Of a DNA stretch of 64,000 nucleotides, positions 23,770 through 30,719 are shown piece after piece (the stretch's first letter is position 1; each line of letters starts with the position of its first letter). The translations under genes were made by a program, and so were the position numbers. Where the stretch lies: positions 1 to 64,000 of the forward strand of contig QPMI01000590.1 in the NCBI GenBank assembly GCA_004431415.1. The letters are read 5' to 3'. Origin of the DNA: Cyanophora paradoxa CCMP329 (taxonomy: Eukaryota > Plantae > Glaucophyta). A model generated the notes under the pieces. That model was not told the DNA's origin and searched no databases. It worked only from the letters and a program-made list of their open reading frames with translations.

Positions 23770-24552
23770 TTATAAACCGCGTTTATATCGCATCAATTTA
23801 TTGCTATGGACTTGGCTTTTCACTTCTTTGGGGGCTTCCTCTTTCTCTGGAGGTTTCAGTTCGTCTTCTTTCTTTTTGGGCTTCCTGTGGAAGCGAGGAA
23901 ATGGGAAATCTTTAACAAGCTCAGCTTTATCTACAAAGTATTTAACTGAGTAGCCAGCAGAGGACCAAACGATATACTGATAAGAGTGGACATATTCTTC
24001 AAACATTTTGTAAAAGTCCTCCTTGTTTCGCATTATATTGTATTCTTCCTCTATGGCTTCAAGTTCTTTGCGATTAGCAGCACTCAGGAAAACAGCATAA
24101 TCAGAATTAACTCGAATAGTGGAAGAGACTTTTCTGAGTTTCTGTGTAATGCAGATAATGGATATTTTCGAATGTCTGCCCCTACTGTACAGAGATGACA
24201 CCACCTTGTCTCTGGTTAAATCAATTATCTCATTATCAATTAAATCATCTAAAACAACACACATGTGGTTGACAGGTTCACCTTTTTCTATTTTCTCCTG
24301 CCTTTCATCCAAAAGCTTTGAAATGTAACCAGCATCCCATTTACCAAGTTCTACTGTTGCCACCTCTCTCCAAAAATGATTGAAGCTGGTTCCACTCACA
24401 ACTAGGACAACATCAACTACTTTGGCATCATGTAATTGCTTTAACCAATACTTTACACAATCGCTTTTTCCCGTACAACTTTTGCCTATAAAAATGGCTC
24501 TGAAAACACCTTTTATCATTTCAGAAACATTAAACTCTTCTAAATCTTGCAT
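23770..24552 (-). CDS. A32-like (FtsK/HerA superfamily) genome-packaging ATPase
   Basis: Walker A IGKSCTGKS, Walker B VVLDDL, and RGRHSKISIICITQ and IRVNSDY. Start taken at MQDLEE. Confidence 0.95.
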   Translation of the reverse strand: MQDLEEFNVSEMIKGVFRAIFIGKSCTGKSDCVKYWLKQLHDAKVVDVVLVVSGTSFNHFWREVATVELGKWDAGYISKLLDERQEKIEKGEPVNHMCVVLDDLIDNEIIDLTRDKVVSSLYSRGRHSKISIICITQKLRKVSSTIRVNSDYAVFLSAANRKELEAIEEEYNIMRNKEDFYKMFEEYVHSYQYIVWSSAGYSVKYFVDKAELVKDFPFPRFHRKPKKKEDELKPPEKEEAPKEVKSQVHSNKLMRYKRGL

Positions 24553-24616
24553 TGTTGTAGATCTTCCTAAATAAAGACAGATAAAAATAATGCAGGGTGA
24601 CTGAATATGGTCAGAT

Positions 24617-25987
24617 CTAAAGATTAATTCTACGAAGACCTGAGCCATCTATAATGAGGAAACTATGCATGAGAGCGCGAACATTAACATCGATTACCTT
24701 ATCTGAAGGCATGTAGAGGGTGAGGAATGAAGATGAGGAATTTGTCAGGTCAACAAATCCACTTTGAGCAATATTTCGAATTGCCTTCTCTCCATCAATG
24801 CAGAAACTTAAACCTGAAAGGACATATTTATCTGCGACCTTATCCATGTTAGAGCATTTGAAGGCATCAGCAATTAGCTCAGCACCTTTGAGTAGGGAAA
24901 TTGGCTCAGTGGCAAAAAGTCGCTGTCCATTAATTTCAACAGTGAAAGTAATATCTTTGGAGTTAGCATAGGTCTTAAGAACACTGTGGGAGCCATTGGA
25001 TTTGTCAACAGTTTCATGATCACGAACTGAAACAAGCAGAGCATATACAAGACCTGAGATTTGAGAGAGGTTAATTCGATTGGGTTGGGCATTGCCCTTG
25101 GCAGGGAAAGCACTAGCATCTACAAATCCAATATCAAGGGAGGGAATAGCCATGCCAGTAGTCTTTACTTTTTCAATTACAGTAGCGAAAAGCTCATCAG
25201 AAACATTAATAGCATGCATGTAAAGGCGAGGAGAAGTAATAGAAATGACAGGGGTTGTTGCACCAAGAGTAAAGTCTGTGATGTTTTGACCAACATTTGC
25301 CAGAACAGTTTCAGCAGGGGCAGTTCCAAGACCATCATCTTTTGAATAATCTACATCAGCTGCTGCAACAGGAAGACCACGACCACCATAGGAAGTTTCA
25401 ACATAACCCTTTCCAGCATCCTTAAACCAAACAGTAACAACCATTTCACCAGATAAAGCACCAAGGGGAAGGTAGTGATTTAGCCAAGGCACAGGGATTT
25501 CAACAAAGAATGAGCCACCAAGGCGGTTGGTTCCATGAGCAGGAATGCCATGAACCATGCCCATTGATCGCTTCTTTTTAGCTAGTTGATCCTCCGAATA
25601 ATAGACCAGGGGGAAATGAGCAAGGAAATCAGATGGAATATGGTAGGTGTAAGATCCATAGGTAATTTCAAGTCGCTGAACTAAAGCACCAACTGGGCGA
25701 GTGTATCCATTGCGAACTAGGTCAGTATCACCAGCAAACGTGATGGCTGGAAGGTCGAAAGCAAGTTCGAGTTTTCCACAGAAATTGTAGCGAGGTAGCT
25801 TGAAGGAAATGCGATTTCCAACATTATTCTCAAAAGTATTGCTGGGATTCACAACAACTAGAACTGGCTTAGATTTGGATTCGAGACCAAGCATAAGGGA
25901 GTTATCCAGGAAAAAGGCTTTCGCCTCTTCTGGGGTTGTTAGGGCTTCTTTCAGCGAAAGTCTTTGAAGAGTGGAAGTGATATCCAT
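24617..25987 (-). CDS. Double jelly-roll major capsid protein, NCLDV-like
   Basis: ISFKLPR...LELAFDLP, LVQRLEITYG, VEIPVPW...LPLGAL, INGQRLF, LSFC...QSGFVDL and ALMHSFLII follow the order of NCLDV MCP motifs. The gene sits between the ATPase and a penton. Start taken at MDITST. Confidence 0.88.
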   Translation of the reverse strand: MDITSTLQRLSLKEALTTPEEAKAFFLDNSLMLGLESKSKPVLVVVNPSNTFENNVGNRISFKLPRYNFCGKLELAFDLPAITFAGDTDLVRNGYTRPVGALVQRLEITYGSYTYHIPSDFLAHFPLVYYSEDQLAKKKRSMGMVHGIPAHGTNRLGGSFFVEIPVPWLNHYLPLGALSGEMVVTVWFKDAGKGYVETSYGGRGLPVAAADVDYSKDDGLGTAPAETVLANVGQNITDFTLGATTPVISITSPRLYMHAINVSDELFATVIEKVKTTGMAIPSLDIGFVDASAFPAKGNAQPNRINLSQISGLVYALLVSVRDHETVDKSNGSHSVLKTYANSKDITFTVEINGQRLFATEPISLLKGAELIADAFKCSNMDKVADKYVLSGLSFCIDGEKAIRNIAQSGFVDLTNSSSSFLTLYMPSDKVIDVNVRALMHSFLIIDGSGLRRINL

Positions 25988-26040
25988 TATATTCTCTTTT
26001 ATTATACTGCAACATAAAAAATCTACCAATGATCCTTAAT

Positions 26041-27018
26041 TTATGCGAAGTTTGTAATAACTGGATAGGAAGGGTGAAGCTGTGACATTCGCATCTTGAA
26101 GTATTCATAAACTGGGTCCCCAGCTGGCTCATCACCATAGCGAATTTCAAAGGTAAGATGAACAGGTTGACCCTCAAAATCAATTGGTTCATTAATAGCA
26201 TTTACAATATCAACCGAGAAAGTGGATAATCCAACCTTTTTATTATAGTATTTGTAATGCTCACCATAGTCTTTATCAGGGACCACTATTTTGTGAAAGT
26301 AACCAGTCAGAAGACCATCCCCACATTGCACCAGATCACCCAGCTCCTTTACTCTCACAAACAAAACACTGTCCCTGGTCTTCTCAGGCTCAAAAGAAGA
26401 TATAATACCGTTTACTCGAGTTCCAGCAAATATACCATCAGTGAGAGCATCATAAACTTGGGATTGGATTGGGGAGTTACCATATCTTCCAGGATCAAGA
26501 CCCAGCAGTCTAGCTGAACTCAACAGCTTTTGGATTGTTTGTTGGCTTGGGTTCACAGCTACTGAGAAAGCCAAGTAAAATGGTACTGCTGAGTGGAATA
26601 TAATTCGTTCCAGTGATTCATCCCATTTGCAGCGAATGGATGGTTGGGGATTTCTGCCTTCGAATTTAGAGTTAATTACATTCACCAGTTGCTGGTGGCT
26701 TTGGATGGGGGTGTTTCGACTTATAATGAATTGTTTCCATTGTTCATAGTCAGCAGCTGGGCGAACTGTTGGAATTCCTGAGCTTCCAGCTCCAGGAGTT
26801 TGTTCAGAATAATAAATGCTAAATGCATTGTCAACTGTCACATCTCCTGCTTTGGTTTCACCACTCACCATAGGGATACTGTTATAAAATTCGGCTGAGA
26901 CCAGTCTCACAGCCCTCACATTCTCATAACTACTGGGGAGTCTTGCCACAAAGCTTGATGTGGGACCATCACCAGAGATTGTATTAAATGAGCTAACCTC
27001 GATGTAATCCACAGGCAT
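26041..27018 (-). CDS. Minor capsid (penton) protein 1
   Basis: IEVSS...SSFVARLPSSYENVRAVRLVSAEFYN at the N-terminus; LFVRVKEL...LSTFSVDIVNAINEPIDFEGQPVHLTFEI at the C-terminus (single jelly-roll penton pattern with a central insert). Confidence 0.85.
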   Translation of the reverse strand: MPVDYIEVSSFNTISGDGPTSSFVARLPSSYENVRAVRLVSAEFYNSIPMVSGETKAGDVTVDNAFSIYYSEQTPGAGSSGIPTVRPAADYEQWKQFIISRNTPIQSHQQLVNVINSKFEGRNPQPSIRCKWDESLERIIFHSAVPFYLAFSVAVNPSQQTIQKLLSSARLLGLDPGRYGNSPIQSQVYDALTDGIFAGTRVNGIISSFEPEKTRDSVLFVRVKELGDLVQCGDGLLTGYFHKIVVPDKDYGEHYKYYNKKVGLSTFSVDIVNAINEPIDFEGQPVHLTFEIRYGDEPAGDPVYEYFKMRMSQLHPSYPVITNFA

Positions 27019-27047
27019 TCTTCTTTTATCTATATTTATATATTAAA

Positions 27048-27980
27048 ATGAATCGACTTGTTAATATTGATAGCAGGGATAGAAGCCAAGGACAAAATGA
27101 AAACTCTTACAGGGTCACTCTCACAACTCCAGTAGAGAGACCAAGGGAATGCAGGGTTCTCTATGCAGAGATTCCAAACAGTATCTATAACAGTGTGGGA
27201 ACTGATCATCTAACAGTTCAGTTTAATTACCAAGATGGTTCATACAATGAAATCATCACACAGAAAGTGTATCCCCTTCCCAGTGGCTACATTAACCAGG
27301 GTCATTTTGGGGTCACACACCCTTATAATTATGGGCTGAACTATTCAAGCTTCCAAACAATTGCAGATAAAACTGTGTTTTTTGAGTTCAAGATATTCTA
27401 CAATCCAACTACCTATAAAGTGGAGTTTTACAGCAACCATGAGTTTCGTTTTATTGCAAGCAACCAGAGAATAGGGAAGCTTTTGGGTGTAAGTTCTACT
27501 GAATACACCAATGGGTATTATAGCACTCCTCCTGTTGGTGGATCACCCTATCGACCTGAGAACCTGTTAAAGTATGATGGCAAACCTATTACACCTGATC
27601 ACCCAGCATGGGGAATCACCTTCTCAGGACCCAGACTCTCCTCTAAGCCCTTGCAATATTATTTTGACAGCAGGAAGATGTCTGATATGAATGCTGAGCA
27701 GTATCTGTACATGCATATTAAAGAGCTGTCCCCCTTTGCCAGCAGACACAATATAATTCCAAAATCGCAACCACAAAACCAGGGAGCTATCCTTAGATTG
27801 CAATTGAGTAAAGATATAGGGGGCTATGTTTACCATAGTGGTGAGCATGCCGAATTCATTCAGATAAATGATAGAAACCTGGTGATAAGGGAACTCACTG
27901 TGGAGTTTAAAGATTACTTTGGTGAACTAATTGATATGAATGGAATCGACAATTCTTTTCAGTTGGAGTTTATCGAATAA
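27048..27980 (+). CDS. Minor capsid (penton) protein 2
   Basis: VNIDSRDR...YRVTL...AEIPNSIYN; YLYMHIKEL; IRELTVEFKDYFGELIDMNGIDNSFQLEF. Confidence 0.88.
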   Translation: MNRLVNIDSRDRSQGQNENSYRVTLTTPVERPRECRVLYAEIPNSIYNSVGTDHLTVQFNYQDGSYNEIITQKVYPLPSGYINQGHFGVTHPYNYGLNYSSFQTIADKTVFFEFKIFYNPTTYKVEFYSNHEFRFIASNQRIGKLLGVSSTEYTNGYYSTPPVGGSPYRPENLLKYDGKPITPDHPAWGITFSGPRLSSKPLQYYFDSRKMSDMNAEQYLYMHIKELSPFASRHNIIPKSQPQNQGAILRLQLSKDIGGYVYHSGEHAEFIQINDRNLVIRELTVEFKDYFGELIDMNGIDNSFQLEFIE

Positions 27981-29330
27981 AGGCACCTGTAAAGTCCACT
28001 CTCATTGTGGGGGCATTCACATACACAAGGGGATAAATGCGAATATACTTGATTCTCAGAGAGAAACCTATGTAAAAAGCATCCTTGATGCTGAGAGGAA
28101 ATCCACTCAATAGAGCCACATCACCTGAGTTGTGAGCATTGTTAATGTTCTCACAGACATATATTTTGTTCTGCCCATCTGATCGAATAAAAGACCAGTT
28201 GATCCCATCAGTGGATGTTGCCACATTGAAAGTCTTAATAAAAGCATTGGTGTCCCCTGATCCATAGGCAATCACAGAAGAGAGTTCAAAAGTATATGGG
28301 AAAGCAACTTGAAGGTATTCAGTGGGGGTTTCCCATATCTGCTCAGGAGCAAAGGCTCCAGCTTCCCAGCCAAATGCTGAAGGTCTTGCCATGAAAGGCT
28401 CTTTACCTGTCACAAAGGAAGAGGCAGTAAAGGCATCATCTGCAAGCTGATACCAATTGGCATCCAAAGGAGGTGATGTAGTGAGAGTGGATGAAATGTA
28501 AGCCTTTGAAGGGTTCTTTAGTTCATAGTTTGCTACTAGTAGGCTGCAAAGCTTATTAATCATATCATTGTTTGCTGCTATGTAAGTTTCAGTGAAGGAA
28601 AGCATGTCTGGGATTTTAGATGTGTCATCCAGGGAGCTTACTATGTGATTTGGAAGAGGGACTGATAGCCTATAGTATCTCCCATAATCCTGATCATAGT
28701 TGTAGGGTAAAAGCTCCTCCATTTTATCAAGGGCAGAAAGCTCACTTGCAGCCATGAGCATGTTAATCAATGGGCTTCCATCTGTTGAGGCAATCCATGA
28801 GAGAATGCCCCAGCTGTTTACAGTCTCATAAGCATAACCCACATAATCAGACTCTAAATGTGGGTCCACCTCACCACAAGAGATGCTTATTACTATAATG
28901 TCATCATCATCACTGTAAATCTTCTTTGCATGGCTGTAACCACACACACTGGGATTATTGTTTCCCGAAATGGCACCATCAATGAGACAGACATATACTC
29001 CCTATTGAAATCAACAATGCTTACAGGAGAGAAATATGTAGGAGCAGCAGAAGTAGCCCTAGCAGCAATCTTACAAGGCATAAAGTTGTAATTGTTGTCA
29101 TTTGTGATAAATATTGGTTTCATATTCTGAGTATCAAAGGATGTGATCACAATGTCCTTAAGGGAATCCTGTATTAGTGATTCACCAGTAACTGAATTGA
29201 TTGCAGTCTCCAAGGGTCCCACATCATACTTTGTGTTAAATAGGGCATTTTCAATGATATTTCGAGGATTTGCGAAAATCAAGGGCAGTTGAGTTAGGTA
29301 AATATTGTGTAAATCGTTTGCTTTAAAATT
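27970..29330 (-). pseudogene. Patatin-like phospholipase (C-terminal half) fused to an F5/8 type C (discoidin) domain; frameshift ~28995, N-terminus missing
   Basis: KYD...ITSFD...ARATSAAPTYFSP, then in the other frame LIDGAISGNNNPS...VISISCG. Discoidin signature FTASS...W...EYLQVAF...STDGINW...KYIRIYP...MRVDFTG. The glycine-rich loop and GxSxG are absent because AT-rich repeats start at ~29330. Confidence 0.85.
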
Positions 29331-29460
29331 CGATATAACATCGATTAAATTAATTGAAAATGCATTTAAAAATATGAAAATTCATGTGTAAAAAAAGTTT
29401 ATCGATATAACATCGATTAAATTAATTGAAAATGCATTTAAAAATATGAAAATTCATGTG
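29330..29460. repeat. AT-rich ~72-bp-period tandem duplication
   Basis: tcgatataacatcgattaaattaattgaaaatgcatttaaaaatatgaaaattcatgtg occurs at 29330 and 29402. Confidence 0.95.
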
Positions 29461-29503
29461 AAAATTCAAATAAATTAATCGATTTTATTGATATAACATC
29501 GAA

Positions 29504-29580
29504 TCACACATATGAATATTCATATTTTAATCCTGAGGCGGAACGCCGAGGGATTAAAATATGAATATTCATATGTGTGA
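29504..29580. repeat. Perfect 30-bp inverted repeat (hairpin/cruciform)
   Basis: 29504-29533 tcacacatatgaatattcatattttaatcc is the exact reverse complement of 29551-29580. The loop contains GGCG-GAA-CGCC. Confidence 0.97.
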
Positions 29581-29872
29581 GTTTTCACTCCAGTCGCTCG
29601 CGATCGGCCTGTTTTCGAAGCTTCCAAGTTTCTATATCGAGATTCTCGCATTTCGCCTTCACATTCAGTTTATATACGCAAATGTAAATACTGCTGCAGC
29701 ATCGCTGAGTTGTACTAGTACTACAGTTAGATGTGCACCGGTGTCGCAGGATGCATTCACATGGCGCCGTGATGTTTTATTTATGCGACATTGACCACTG
29801 AGTCAGTAAGAGATCATATTCATGATCATCATGATCAATAAAATAGTTATTCGCTACAGCGCTATATTAATG

Positions 29873-30295
29873 ATGAAGCTAAGTTTTTCTTTTTGAGAGA
29901 CTACGGTGGGCCGAACCCCCGTAGGTAGTGATATTAAGGACAACAAAGCAATCACAAATCAAAGATACAGTAAAGTAGCACAAAATACAGAATCAAGAGG
30001 GATCACGAGCTCGAGAAGGGACACGATCAGATCTAGAAGAACGCAAAAGATAAGGAGAACGAGCACGAGGAGAAGGAGTAGAAGAGCTCAAGGACGTTGA
30101 CGTCGACGCAGAAGTACTAGTCACTAGAACGACGAGGAGCACGGGGACGCAGCGAATATGGAGAAGGAGCACGAGGAATCTAATCGAATATGGAGAATAT
30201 GGACGGCTGAAGACTAATCTGAGGAACTGGGGACGACACGAGGAAAGGGGCAGAACTCGGATTCAGACTCCGAATCGGCAGTATGAAGCTAAGTT
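29873..30295 (-). mobile_element. Short non-LTR retroposed insertion (SINE-like or 5'-truncated LINE 3' end) with 13-bp TSD
   Basis: atgaagctaagtt occurs at 29873-29885 and 30283-30295. An A-rich tail lies on the minus strand (plus strand tttcttttt), with a stem-loop ctacgg...ccgtag at 29901-29924 next to it. Confidence 0.8.
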
Positions 30296-30719
30296 CCGAG
30301 TTCTTCGATTTCAGTTTTAATTTCAACTGTTCTTTGTATAGCTATATATGTATAAATAGCTAAAGGGTCTTACAGGGTTGTCGACGTCGACGTCATCCGG
30401 ATCCTTTTGCAATTGCAATTGCACATGTCGAAGCTTGCCGCAGTACTAGCTATAGCTATAGTGCCGCTATATATATTGCAATGCCAAGAACGAGCTCGAG
30501 CTCGCTTACTAAGGTAGCCTATCTCTAGCGGTTTCACGTACGCTTCTGCAATACATAGTCGCAATACATATATATGTTTCTGCAGGATGTTCATATTCAC
30601 ACAGAGCCCAGGACTACCCACATTCGATCTACTGCAGGGCGGACCGGACTCGGGAGCTCGGCCGCAAGGGGGAAGCAAGAGAGCGGCGCGCGCGAAAGGC
30701 GCTGCCGCGCCAGGCTGCC

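Larger units (their letters stand above)
14804..29580. mobile_element. Endogenous Polinton-like virus (integrase, PolB, primase-helicase, packaging ATPase, double jelly-roll MCP, two pentons); boundaries approximate, right end probably truncated
   Basis: AT-rich, intronless, tightly packed gene block contrasting with the GC-rich, intron-rich host genes. Hallmark viral genes are recognised by motifs. No TIR or short TSD was found by eye. Confidence 0.93.

Noticed and set aside
14804-30295. Terminal inverted repeats and 5-6 bp TSD of a canonical Polinton
   Set aside because: The reverse complement of the left-end repeats was not found at 29.3-30.3 kb, and no short TSD could be assigned.
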